This document shows positions 37,432-50,640 of a stretch of DNA of 64,000 nt, in pieces. Below the pieces are notes generated by a model. It saw only the letters and a program-made list of their open reading frames with translations, ran no database searches and had not been told where the DNA came from. The stretch's first letter is position 1. Every line of letters begins with the position of its first letter. Source of the DNA: Okamejei kenojei (Eukaryota); the NCBI GenBank assembly GCA_035221665.1, contig CM069149.1, positions 11,842,001 to 11,906,000 of the forward strand. Reading direction: 5' to 3'. Made by a program: the position numbers and the translations under genes.

Positions 37432-40400
37432 GCCTATCTCCTTCGCTCTTTAGATGCTGCTGCACCCGCTGAGTTTCTCCAGCCTTTTGTGTAACTCATT
37501 AACTCTATTTGACTGAGTTGCTAATTTCTCACATGTAAATATTTGTTTAATCCACTTTTTTCCTAAAGTTTATTGAGAGAAATTGTATTTTGATGAAGTC
37601 AAGAGTGCTTGACACTCTGTAAAATAGATGGAGTGTGTAATTAAATGGAAATTGTGAAGTCTGATCCATGAAATGGCAACATCTAACCAGTTCTGGCACT
37701 AGATACACACAAAAGAGTGCATTGCCAAGATATGGAAACATGCTATTAGTTATACTGTACTTTTTAAACTATAAAATGTAGATTTCTAAGAAAGGATTTA
37801 ACAGAAGCAGAATATTTCTGAGTTTGCTCAAAGCAAGAATGACAAGCTAGGATTGGATGAGTATTTAGGGTATGGTTAAAATAGTAGAGAGAAGTAAAGA
37901 GACAAAAGGAATGGCAGGGACTATTCAGCCATTCAGATCTGGTTAGCCTTCAATAAGTTCAGTTCCTTCACCTGCAATTAACTTTGATATCCTTCACACA
38001 ATACAAATCTATTGATCTCAGTTTTTAAAAATTTAGTTACCTAACCATCTACAGCATTTTTAGGAACATAGTTTGATATTTTCACTACCCCTTGTGTGAG
38101 ACAAGGTTCTATTTGATTTGACTCCTAAATGAACTTTATATATTAAGACAAAATGTGTAGGAAGGAACTGCAGATGCTGGTTTACACCGAAGATAGACAC
38201 AAAATGCTGGAGCAACTCAGCCGGGCAGGCAGCATCTCTGGAGAGAAGGAATGGGTGACGGATCAATCTAAAGAAGGGTCATCCATTCCATCTCCAGAGA
38301 TGCTGCCTGGCCTGCTGAGTTACTCCAGCATTTTGTGTCTATTTCCAGATATTAAGATTTGTGGAATTGAGGTTATGGTGTCGGCTGCAGTAGAGGAAAT
38401 AGTTTCTATGGATCTCTATCATCAAATCTGTTTCTCATTTTAAAGCGTTCGGTAATATCACGCATGGAATTCTAAATTCAATGAAATGTTAATGGGTGTG
38501 GATGATGCAATTTTCCTAATTGACCAGTAAAAAAACAAGTAATTTTCTGCTGTCCTCCCTACAACGGCGATCCACATATCCTGGGGTGCTTTGTCCAAAC
38601 TGAATGTACATTGACTCATAGATTTAGGGAGAAGTTTCAGAAACTAGGATGATGTGACTGGAACTATTTTACTGATAAAACAAGTCATGGGATTGGAGTG
38701 GGGACTTGCATCAAACAATAAGTTGGAATTAAAAGAACTGTGGGCTGAGATCTGGATATAACAGAGGTTGCAAAGATTAGGGGAGAGAATGGATAGGTCT
38801 GGAGATACTGACAATTACATTCTGTGTTCAGCTTCACAGAATGGTTACTTTTTTTGTTCTTAGCATTCTTTGAGCAAGTGTTCTACCACCTCAGAGCAGA
38901 ACTGGCTTTAACTTGCGTCTGCTGTTTCTATTTTGCTAAAAATGGTCTCATTCATTGATCAATGTCCTGGACTCTCAATCACTTTATTTCTGTGGCTGAG
39001 TTCACCTTGAATGGTGTGCTAGCCCCTACCATCTCCATGCCTTCAGCGTGTAGTCTAAATCACCTGAAAATAGAAAATAATTTTGGACACATTTGAGTCA
39101 TGAGCCTGGCTAATGATGCTTAGTTGTACGGAAAGTGTAAATGAATCGAGTCAATCTGGAAATCATTATTTGAGAATCATGTAACAGTCGTTATTTGTTA
39201 TATTGAGGACAATAGTGGCTAACAAAAATAATTAAATCTTTTATATACAAATGATCTTGCGGCAGGATGGTGAAAGGAAGGATGAGGCTGATTAGAACCC
39301 AAACCGAGATCTTTCTGAGGAAGCAGAGGCTATGGTTGAAATATTAAATGTTAATTTTTTTCCATCTGTTTTCACAAGGAAAGAAGATATTTCCAATGCA
39401 GCATTAAAAGAAGAACAGCTGTGATACTAATAGTATAAAAATAGATGTGCTTAAAAGAATTATGGATGTGGAATGGTTATCCAGGCCAGGTGCGATGCAG
39501 GTTACTGAGTGAAACTAATTTCTGGTGAGCTTCTACAACTGTGGTGACTGATCCCACAATTTTCTAATCCTCCTTGGCTAAGGGTTGGTGCCAGAGTACT
39601 GAAAAAAATGTTTTCCATTTAGTTTATTGTCATGTAGGTACAGGTGTCAGAGGTTATGAGGAGAAGGCAGGAGAATGGGCTAGGAGGGAGAGATAGATCA
39701 GTCATGATTGAATGGCAAATTAGACTTGATGCGCCGAATGGCCTAATTCTACTATTCCTTATGACAATTAAAAGCTTTTTTGTTGCGTGCTAACCAGTTA
39801 GTGGAAAGATTATACATGATTACAATTGAGGCGTTCACAGTGTACAGTTACACTTTAAAGAGTGCAAGATAACTTAATTTTATTTCCAGTTTTGCATTTT
39901 TAGTTTGTTCCACACATTTAATTAGTTTTAATCCCTCCAGAAAAACCTGAAAGTGGAGATGGTTATCATACATAAAGCCCAAGAGATGGCTTCTTGATTC
40001 TAACGAGTGTTTGGGAAAAATAGACACAAAAAGTTGGAGTAACTCAGCGGAACAGGCAGCATCTCTGGAGAGAAGGGATGGGTGACGTTTTGGGTTGAGA
40101 CCCTTCTTCGGACTGGTGTTTGGGAAACATGGATTAGGTTTGTTTTCGGGGGGGGAGGGGGGAATACATTCGTCTTTTTCTCTGATTTCAGGAATGAATG
40201 CATGTTGACACACATAACACAGAGAAGGGGGGATCGCTGCATTTAGGTCTGAGGCGAAGGGAGCCAAGAAGTTCTCGATTTTCCCTGGCGATAGTTTCAC
40301 TTTTTTTGCATTTTACCTTCTCTCCAGAGATGCTGCCTGTCCCGCTGAGTTACTCCTGCTTTTCGTGTCAAAGTCGTCTTGTTCAATCTCATTTCATTGC

Positions 40401-40539
40401 AACTTTCAGCTCTGGATACCCCGCGTTGATCCGCGCGTATTTCAGCATTTATATTTCTCAAGCCTCTTTACCTCCGGAGCCACATGTAACTTAACCACAT
40501 GTAATTACTCCAGCATTTTGTGTCTATCTTTGGTTCAGT

Positions 40540-40862
40540 CTTTACTCGAGTGAACGAACAGATTATAAGAAAGTTCCCACGGTAGACTCACGAGACACTA
40601 AGGTAAACGCACGGGCCACTATGTTATTGCAACGAGTATAAATGTTTCCATTTTTAACTTGAACAGTTAATTTGACTCGTGGAAAAAAATCAAACATGTT
40701 TGATTTTTTTCACGAGTTAACAAGTTTCCCGAGTACCTGCCGTTAGCGCCACGAGCCGATAAGTTGCTCGTGCGAGTTCCGACGTTCCCGCTACGTGATC
40801 ACCACGAGTGAAAACTCGGGGTCACTCGTGGGCCAACTCGCACCGTGAGACAGGGGTTTTAA
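40540..40862. mobile_element. MITE remnant related to the 9318 and 58427 elements
   Basis: Internal palindrome ACTCGTGGAAAAAAATCAAACATGTTTGATTTTTTTCACGAGT; right end GTGAGACAGGGGTTT; left end missing. Confidence 0.6.
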
Positions 40863-41839
40863 CTGGCTGTTAATGTAGTGTACGAGTTACTATAAGATTG
40901 GCAACTACAGATAAGATACTATTAATATGGAAATCAGAAAACTGCATTTCAGGTGATACAGAATATATGTGTGTTCATGGGAATGTAATACCTAAAATGG
41001 ATGGTTTAAATCAAAGAAAGACATAAAAAGCTGGAGTAACTCAGCTGGTCAGGCAGCATCTTTGGAGAAAAGGAATAGGTAACGTTTTGGGACGAGACCC
41101 TTCGGACCAGTCTCCAGTCTGAAGAAGGGTCTCGACCCGAAATGTCACCTACTGACCCACTGAGTTACTCCAGTCTTTTGTGTCCATATTCAGAAGAAAT
41201 TGCATATTCAGTATCTAAAGTCGGCATACCTTTCTGCTTATTACTGCTTAAAATTAATTTTATTTCAGCCTCAGCACAAATAAATTCAAAAAAATTGATT
41301 ACTTGAAAAAAAAAAATTTGATTTCATGATTAAGTCCAAGTTACCTAATGGCTAATGGGTGAATATTGACATTTTTTCTACACTTCCAGAAAAATTAAAA
41401 GTATTACAAGCGACACTGAATAAAAAATTAAACATTTTAAAGAGGGCAAATGAAAAGGTCATAATGAAGCTTGTTTCAGTATAATCATAGAGTACAGTCT
41501 GGTTTTTGAATGTTAAAGGTCCTTGTCTTGTGAGAACAGTAGTTATTTCTTCATGTAGATGTAGACGTGTCAGTCAAGACGAGCATTTACTGTCGATCCA
41601 TAATCATCTCTTTGAGCCAGAGACGTAAGGAACTGCAGACGCTGGAATCTTGATTGAAACACAAAGTGCTGGAGGAACTCAGTGGGTCTGGCACCATCTT
41701 TGGAGGGAATGGATACGCAACATTTTGGGACTATGGTCTGAAGAAGGGATCAGACCCTAAACATCACCTGTTCATTCCCACCACAGATGCTGCTGAACCC
41801 ATTGAATTCCTCCAGCCTTGAGCTAAGTGGCTTTAGGCT

Positions 41840-42135
41840 AGTTTAGTTTGGAGATACAGCGTGGAAACAGGTCCTTCGGCCCACCGAGTCCTCGCCGGCC
41901 AGCGATCACCCCGTACACTAACACTATCCTACGCATTAGCGACAATTTACATGTTTCTCTCGAAGCAATTAACCTACAAACCTGTACATCTTTGGAATGT
42001 GGGAGGAAACCGGAGAAAAAACCATGTGGTCACAGGGCAAATGTACAAACTCCATACGGACAGCACCCATAGTCGGGATCGAACGCGGGTCACTGGCGCC
42101 GTAAAGCAGCAACCCTACCTCTGCGCCTCTGCCAC
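41840..42135 (-). mobile_element. HE1-type tRNA-derived SINE
   Basis: Reverse complement of the SINE at 60364, including the (TAAAC)n tail. Confidence 0.85.
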
Positions 42136-42569
42136 ATTGATGGGTCTGATATCATGTGTAAATCAGACTAGACAATATGGCTATTTTTGTTCCCTGAAGC
42201 TTGTGACTGAATCAATTGGATTTTTAACGATAATTCGGTAGTTTTACCAGTACTGATACTGATTCTTTATTCCAGATTTATTTAATTACTTACATTTAAA
42301 TTCCCCAGATGCTCTGGTATGAATCGAACTCATGTCTGAGATCAATAATCCAAGACTCTGCATACTAATCCAATCATTTAACCACTGTTGCACTATGACT
42401 GCACCCACTGTGCTACTACTATATCACCAACATATTTCACACAAAAGTGGAGGAAATTGGGCTTTCCTTCAAAATCCATGAATTTATAATGTAATTGAGA
42501 AAAGCTCGCCTTTCAAATGATTTGTGTAAAAGGCATCCTGTTTATAGCAACAAGAAGGACAAACTTCAA

Positions 42570-45160
42570 TCAAGAGTCATGAGTGTTTTATTGTCATATG
42601 TCCCCGATGGTACAATGAAATTCTTACTTGCAGCAGGACTACAGAATATGTAAATATGTAAACATAATACATAATGGGGGAAGAGAAAAAAAGAAAAAGT
42701 TCAATAAATAAATATTGTGCAAATAACAAATAATATAGTATTTTGCAGTTCAGAGCACAGACCTTATTCGTTGTTGTGTTTAATAGCCTGATGGCTGTAG
42801 GAAAGAAGCTGTTCCTGAACCTGGACGTTACAGTTTTCAGGCTCCTGTGCCTACTTCCTGATGGCAATGGTGAGATGAGTGTAGGGCCAGGATCATGTGG
42901 GTCCTTGATGATTTTGGCTGCCTTTTTGAGGCAGCGACTATGATAGATCCCTTCGATGGTGGGGAGGTCAAAGCTGGTGATGGATTGGGCAGTGGTCACA
43001 ACCTTTTGTAGTCTTTTTCGCTCCTGGACGTTCAAGTTGTCGAACCAGTCCACGATGCAACCAGTCAGAATGCTCTCTACCGTGCACCTGTAGGAGTTTA
43101 GGAGAATCCTCTTCGACATGCTGAATCTCTGTAATCTTCTCAGGAAGCAGAGTCGCTGATCTGCCTTCTTTATAATTGCATCGGTGTGCTGGGTCCAGGA
43201 AAGATCTTCTGATATATGCACGCCCAGGAATTTGAAGTTATTGACCCTCTCCACAATTGTCCCATTGATGTGAACAGGATTGTGGGTCCTCATCCTTCTC
43301 TTACCAAAGTCCACAATCAGTTCCTTGGTCTTACTGATGTTGAGAGCCAGGTTGGTGTGCTGGCACCATTTGGCCAGTCGGTGGAACTCACTTCTATACT
43401 CTGACTCGTCCCCATCTGTGATTCGTCCAACAACAGTGGTGTCGTCGGCGAACTTGATGATGGATTTCGCACTATGACCGGCTATGCAGTCATGGGCATA
43501 GAGTGAGTAAAGCAGGGGGCTGAGCACGCAGACTTGAGGTGCTCCCGTACTAATTGTTACTGAGGATGAAGTGGTTCCTCCAATTCGAACAGACGGTGGT
43601 CTATGGATGAGGAAGTCGAGGATCCAATTGCAGAGGGATGCGCTGAGGCCCAGTTCCGTGACCTTGGTAACCAGCTTGGAAGGGATGATGGTATTAAACG
43701 CCGAGCTGTAGTCTATAAACAACAACCTGACATAGGTGTTTTTATTGTCCAAGTGGTCCAGTGAAATGGCATCCTCCGTTGACCTGTTGAGGCGGTAAGC
43801 GAACTGTGGTTGATCGAGGTTCTTGTCAAGGTAGGAGTTGATGTGCACCATAACCAACCTCTCAAAACACTTCATCACCACAGATGTTAGTGCCACTGGT
43901 CGATAGACATTGACGGACATCACTTTACTCTTCTTGGGCACCGGTATTATTGATGCCCTCTTATAGCAGGTGGGAACCTCAGACCTCAGAAGTGATAGTT
44001 TGAAAATGTCTGCAAAATCTTCCGCCAGTTGGTCTGCACAGGTCTTGAGAACTCGACCGGGTATACCATCAGGTCCAAGCCCTTTCCGTGGGTTCACCCC
44101 CTGAAGGATCATAGAAACATAGAAACATAGAAATTAGGTGCAGGAGTAGGCCATTCAGCCCTTCAATATGATCATGGCTGATCATCCAACTCAGTATCCC
44201 GTACCTGCCTTCTCTCCATACCCTCTGATCCCCTTAGCCACAAGGGCCACATCCAACTCACTCTTAAATATAGCCAATGAACTGGCCTCAACTACCTCTG
44301 TGGCAGAGAGTTCCAGAGACTCACCACTCTCTGTGTGAAAAAAGTCTTTCTCATCTCGGTCTTAAAGGATTTCCCCCTTATCCTTAAGCTGTGACCCCTT
44401 GTCCTGGACTTCCCCAACATCGGGAACAATCTTCCTGCATCTAGCCTGTCCAACCCCTTAAGAATTTTGTAAGTTTCTATAAGATCCCCTCTCAATCTCC
44501 TAAATTCTAGAGAGTATAAACCGAGTCTATCCAGTCTTTCTTCATAAGACAGTCCTGACATCCCAGGAATCAGTCTGGTGAACCTTCTCTGCACTCCCTC
44601 TATGGCAATAATGTCCTTCCTCAGATTTGGAGACCGAAACTGTACGCAATACTCCAGGTGTGGTCTCACCAAGACCCTGTACAACTGAAGTAGAACCTCC
44701 CTGCTCCTGTACTCAAATCCTTTTGCTATGAAAGCTAACATACCATTCGCTTTTTTCACTGCCTGCTGCACCTGCATGCCTACTTTCAATGACTGGTGTA
44801 CCATGACACCCAGGTCTCGCTGCATCTCCCCTTTTCCTAACGTTGGCCTCTGTGATTGTAATACCGTCAGGGCGAATGGGGGCTCGGGAAGGCACATCAT
44901 TGTTCTCCCTATCGAACCATGTGTGGATTGCATTGAGCTCGTCAGGTGATGCTTTGCTGTCGTTTGAGCTGCCTCCTGATTTCACCTTGTCGGAGGTGAT
45001 GGCATTCAAGCCCTGCCACAGTTGCCAAACATCCGCCTCATCCTCCAGCTTGGAGCAGAAGTCTCTTTTGGCCTTTTTGATGGCCTTACCAAAGTCGTAT
45101 CTGAACTTCTTATAGACCTCTGCATCACCAGACCTGAATGCCCGGGATTGGTCTTCAGAA
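42570..45160 (-). mobile_element. Rex1/Babar-type LINE, 5'-truncated, split by a CR1 insertion
   Basis: ORF 42577-44112 (511 aa) has RT motifs [28 protein letters not shown] and [10 protein letters not shown]; the upstream part continues at 44843-45160. Confidence 0.9.
44110..44842 (-). mobile_element. young CR1/HER1 LINE nested in the Rex1-type element
   Basis: ORF contains LYRVLVRPHLEYCVQF; (tttctatg)n tail at 44110-44133. Confidence 0.95.
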
Positions 45161-47193
45161 GAAGAAGACGAAGAAGAAGAATCATGGTTCTTGATGTTTT
45201 TCAGGCAACTCCCAAACCACTTAACAGTCCTGTGTCAAAGTTTGGTAATCTAGTTACAGTGTTTAATAGCCAGAAGATAATATGTGAATACATGGTAAAG
45301 ATAGACACAAAATGTTGAAGTAACTCAGCGGGACAGGAAGCTTCTCTGGAGAGAAAGAATGGGTGACTTTTCGGGTCGACCCCCTTCTTCAGACTGAAGA
45401 ACTGAAATGCCACCTATTCCTTCTCTCCAAAGATGCTGCCTGTCCCGCTGAGTTACTTCAACATTTTGTGCCTATCTTCGGAGTAAACCGGCATTTACAG
45501 TTCCTTCCTGCACAACACAAAGTAAAGTGTCTTTTAACACCAGTGTATTTCAAGTAATGAAGTGTTCCATTGGGAGACGTGGTGAGGACACATTGCAAAC
45601 ACTGAACCATGGCACAAATCATTGCAATGTGTTTTAAACATGGTCACTGCTGTCTCCACCACTGCTAAAACCTGGCAGGCAGTCTAGAAGAAGGTCCCTG
45701 ACTTCAATTAAAAAATATAAAACCATAGCACGCCAACACAGCAAAGCAGTTTGCACACAATAGCAATGCAGAAGAACAAAGGAAGCAACAGAAAATCGAC
45801 ATAAACTATGTTGTAATCCCAGAATAGCATAAGGACAACCACAGAGGTGTGTTATTTGAGGTTTTAAACATAAGGGAAGATCATATAAATCACATTAGAT
45901 GTGATAAAAGGGATTAAAGAAAGTATTATGTGCAATAATTTGTGAGGAACAAATCATGTGTTATTCATAAGTTTCAAAGTAAACTCAGTGGGAGTTCTTG
46001 AAGTTCAATCTTCTCTATGTTAATGCAAAGCTTTAACTTGGAGGATTTTACAGGTAACTGAGAATTAAGATTGGATGCCCAGATAGGTTAGTGGGCCCCG
46101 AGACAGTTGATCCAATCATGGCACAACAGAACACCACGAGAACAGATATTTGGCACTCCACGTCAATGGCAGATTAGTTACATCTCTTCGTACTGAACAA
46201 GAGATGGCAAATGATAACTTTGAAAGCTCTGAGTTCAAAGCAACAATTGCTGTTTGATCCTCTTATTCCTGGTCAGTATATACATCAATCCTAACTGCAT
46301 CTCTGCACTGTGTTATCACATCTGAAATATTTTTTTCCACACCATTGTGGCTGAGGGCCTTTGTTGAGCTCTCTAACAGCAGACCTGACCTGACTAACAT
46401 GCTTTTTTAGAGTGACTACCTTTATGAAGCTTCAATAATCTGCAACAATTGCATTTGTTTTTCCAGCTCTCTTGCTTTTTCCAACTACATTGGGGGTATG
46501 CTCCAGATCAGGACACGATTGAATCATTTCAAATTGACACATTAATTTTACATTAAAAATCCATATCAGAGTGTGTGCAGAAATTAATATCTCAATACTT
46601 TTGGCAGTGCATGTTAAACAAACCCTAATATGTGTTAGCACCTGAGACTGCGTAACTGTTCTGCCTTGGGTTAATAATTGTTGGGTAGGGGGCAGACACT
46701 GAAACCCTTGTTAGTAGTCCTCCTCGATTAATTCCTTTCTTGTTTATTCACATCCTTTTATTCGCTAGCATGAGAACATTATGCACAGGATATGCAGTTA
46801 GGTTGCAGAGGGCTTCATATTTGTAGATCTGCACATATGTTTTGAGAATATTACTGTATGAAATGATTGTGGCTTTGGAGTTTATCTGAGCTACTTATTC
46901 CTGTGAAAGTAGTGGTGTCTGGGTGCCGATGGTCGTTCCCGCTTCAGTCTGCTGTGAACGTTTTCTAATCCATATCAATCAATGCAAAGCCAGCAATGAG
47001 GCCATACAAATGGGCTGAGCCTTGCTCGAACCTCACTGGAAGCCTGAAGGTGCATCTGACCTCTGCATCCTGAGGCAAAGCACTGACAAGAGAAGCAGAG
47101 GGGCTGGATACACTTTGTGTTTGCCCTTCTGTATTATCCCGCTCTGACTAGCATAGGTAACATGACAACATTAAATTGAATATTATTTGCTGG

Positions 47194-47392
47194 AGATAGA
47201 CACAAAAAGCTGGAGTAACTCCGGGAACAGGCAGCATCTCTGGAGAGAAGGAATGTGTGTGTCGTTTTGGGTTGAGACCCTTATTCAGTACCCATTTCTT
47301 TCTCTCCAGAGATGTTGCCTGTCCCGCTGAGTTACTCCAGCTTTTTGTGACTATCTTCGGTTTAAACCAGCATCTGCAGTTCCTACCTACAC
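47194..47392. mobile_element. Penelope-derived fold-back element
   Basis: Inverted arms; flanking direct repeat ATATTATTTGCTG. Confidence 0.8.
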
Positions 47393-48186
47393 ATATTATT
47401 TGCTGACTCTGAATAAGAAATGTGAATGCAAGTTTACTTATTTTTTAATTTATATTCATGCAACATTCTATATTAATTTCTAGGAATTCAAGGTGTTAAA
47501 TGTATTATTTTAGTTTTTTTTTCTTTTTCTCTGGTTACTTAATTCTATTTGAACTCTTTTTCAATTCAAAACCCTTCAGAGAGCTAGCGGAGTGCCTTCT
47601 GATCCATCACTTGAGGCTGAGGCTTACTCTGCTTGGCGTTAGGGTTGTGCCATGTGCAGCTGCAGGGATCCTTCCCAGCCAGATAGGACATTGCTGGTGA
47701 GCCGCCCCAGCAAGCAGCGGCTTCAACAACAGTCTGAATGCAGGATCATCTGGGCCATTGTTTAGGATATTGAACGGGGGAAATCTTGTTTAAAAAAAAA
47801 AACTACTTTAAGTACAATTAATATTTAAATTCCAAATACATAAGAGAATTTCCAAATAGACTAAAAGCTATTTGGCCTACTCAGCTTGTCGGATTGTTTA
47901 GGTCCATGCACAAGGATAACCATTTCCTGAATCCAGCTGTTGAGGCTGCAGGGCTTAAATATATCATCTTTTTCAATTGAAATTGTAAAGCACGAGGATT
48001 GCTTGTGAAATACAGTTCCATTTACTTCACTTTTTGCTTTGCAACTTTATAATCTGTTAATTAAAATTTAAAAAAAATTGTCATAGTGTCACAAAGCACA
48101 GAAACAAGCCCTATAGGCCACCTTGTCCATGTCCACTATGAAGCATTTATTTGCACTCTTCCCATTTGCCTGCATTTGGTCTGCAG

Positions 48187-49161
48187 CAGGGGCGGAAATC
48201 GCTATCAAAACATGGGGAGGGGACAATGTCTTGGTGGCCACGGACATATGCACACGCGAGGCTTGTAAGGCTTCAACCGTAGGCCCTGTGGACGGTAACA
48301 TCGGGAGCTGACCTGTTTGAGAAGGAACTGCAGACGCTGGAAAAATCGAAGGTAGAAGAAAATGCTGGAGAAACGTGTGAGGCAGCATGTATGGAGGGTC
48401 TGAAGAAATGTCTCGACCCGAAACGTCACCTATTCCTTTGCTACATAGATATTGCCTCACCCGCTGAGTTTCTCCAGCATTTTTATGTACCTTCGGGAGC
48501 TGACCTGGTTGGTGACCGACTCCAAACTCCAGCAACAGCAGCTTCGTCCGCCCCGAATCGTGGGGCTTGAATCGACCCATTCGTGGGGCCTTTCATCGCC
48601 CGGCGCAGCTTAAAACCGGCCGCAGGATCTTCCATCGCCTGGCGGGGGCTTCAATATCGGGAGCCTCGATCACCTTGACGCAGCAATTTGACCGCGGGGC
48701 GATGAAAGATCCCCTGGCCGATTTTAAACCGCGCCGGGTTATGAAAGGCCCCGTGAATGGGCCGATTCAAGCTCCGCTCTATGATCTTTGCTCCACGGGA
48801 CGTCTCCCTCCCCCAATCACCGCGCTCTATCCATTATCCCACCCACCCCCCCCCCACTTCCGCAAATGACCCACACCTCCCTCTTCCAATCATAGCACTG
48901 AATCATTATGTCCCGCCCACTCCCCCCCCTCCCATTGCCTGCTGACTGCCGTCTCTCTCGTCGAATTAGCGCCCTCTCTCAATCATCAGTTCCACCCCCA
49001 CTGAAAGCGGATATATATTTATTTTTTTTCACCGAATTTCAAAATCAGGATTACAAAACATGGGGGGGGGGGGGGGTATTGTCCCCCGTCTCTCAAAACA
49101 TGGAGGGGACGCATCCCCGTTTCCCCCCCCCCCCCCCCCCTCGCCGAGATTTCCGCCCATG
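48187..49161. mobile_element. non-autonomous hAT transposon
   Basis: TIRs CAGGGGCGGAAATC / GATTTCCGCCCATG; 8-bp TSD GTCTGCAG (48179-48186) / GTCTGTAG (49162-49169); inserted in a CR1 tail fragment. Confidence 0.85.
48316..48492. mobile_element. Penelope-derived fold-back element nested in the hAT element
   Basis: 15-bp TSD TCGGGAGCTGACCTG at 48301-48315 and 48493-48507. Confidence 0.85.
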
Positions 49162-50169
49162 GTCTGTAGTCTTCCAAGTGCTTGGTATACATATTTATTA
49201 AATGCTGTATCCTTTTCTCTTCCATCAACCCCCATGTTGGGACAAATGTTCAGTCGATGAGGACCTTGGGTGTTGCTTATGGACAGTGGGACTGGGCCAG
49301 GAAGATATGAGCCAATATATGGGGCTTACAAGTCTGATTCTTGTTATTCAGCAGCAGGGATGACTAGGAGCCTGTCAAGAAACGTTTCATTTAACACAGA
49401 AAATAATGAGACTCTTTAGCCATTAATGACCTGAAAGTCAAACTGCTTAACCCCTGTACAAATTTATAATTGCATAATATTCATCTGCTATTTACTTATT
49501 GCACGTATTAAGGAAAATAAACCATCAGTTAAGCAAAGTCTCCAGATATCATGATTGAAAACACAAATAGTTATGGTTCAGTGGATAGTGCTCTCAATTT
49601 TGAATCGGGTCGTTACAGGTTTCAAGATGCACCCCAGAAATCTAAGCATAAAACATCTGCCCCAGTCTGAGGAAAATCTGGATTGTCAAAGGCATTGCCT
49701 TTTATATGAGTTATGGGTCTCGCAGGTGAATGTAAAATGTTTAATTTCTGGTTTGTAGATGAGAGGAGATCTGACAAGTATCCTGGGCAATGCTTATCCA
49801 TTAAAAAACATAATTAAAAATTAGAGGCCTTTAGTGGCACAGTTAGCAGAGCTGCTACCTCTTAGCTCCAGTGACCTGGGTTCAGTCCTGACCTTCAATG
49901 CATGTTCTACCTGTGATTGCTTAGGTTTCTTCCTACATACTAATGATCCAGGTTGTCAGGTTAATTGGGAAATGTAAATTGCCCCGTCATAAATAAAGGA
50001 ATGGCAAAAATTGGTGGTTGATGGGAATGTGCAGTGAATAAAATGGAATGAGTCTGGTTGGGCCCGTGATGGTCGGCATGGACGGTAGACCAATGGGCTT
50101 GTGTCCGTGTTGTATAACTATAACTCTCTAATTTGATGTATAGCATTAAACGATCAAAAACCTGCAAAA

Positions 50170-50640
50170 AAGGCCAGGGTTACATGGGTGCAAGAGTTTG
50201 GTTGTGAGAGAGAGAGGGTTCGGGTATCCATGGAACAACACCTTACTTATTTTTTTGACGAGCGAGTCCACATCACAAGATTAGAAATTGTTCAGCCAGA
50301 GCTGAACACACTTCTCGGCCTCTGCATACAATGGCGTCTTCTGTGTAGTGGTGAAAAGATTGGTGGAACCAGGGTGGCGACGTGAACGTTCTTTCCTTGA
50401 CCCCGGTAATGATGTTGGGGATAGTAGAGAAGGGCCAGTGCATTTGAATATTTGAATGTTGAGGTGCTGGAAGTCGGAGCCTGGGCTGAAGGTGTAATTC
50501 TAAGAATTGGTGATTGAGGAAGGTCAGAGAATAAGTGAAAGACAAGGTTTTGGTACAACGTGGTGAGAGGGGGCTGAAGTGTAGAAGGTAAGTATTGGGA
50601 CATAATGGTGTCACAGTCCAGAGTAGCATTATGAAAACCC
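50170..50640 (-). mobile_element. ancient LINE remnant, probably L2-like linker between EN and RT
   Basis: Frameshifted translation has NALA.L...PWF...AEK spacing reminiscent of L2 ORF2. Weak evidence. Confidence 0.35.

Noticed and set aside
42577-44112. 511-aa ORF as a host gene or active element
   Set aside because: It is a LINE RT, 5'-truncated, with no endonuclease domain and interrupted by a CR1; its start lies at the insertion junction.
45158-45181. (GAA)n run as a second ribozyme-element tail
   Set aside because: The upstream sequence is the Rex1-type LINE, with no ribozyme, no shared 3' domain and no TSD.
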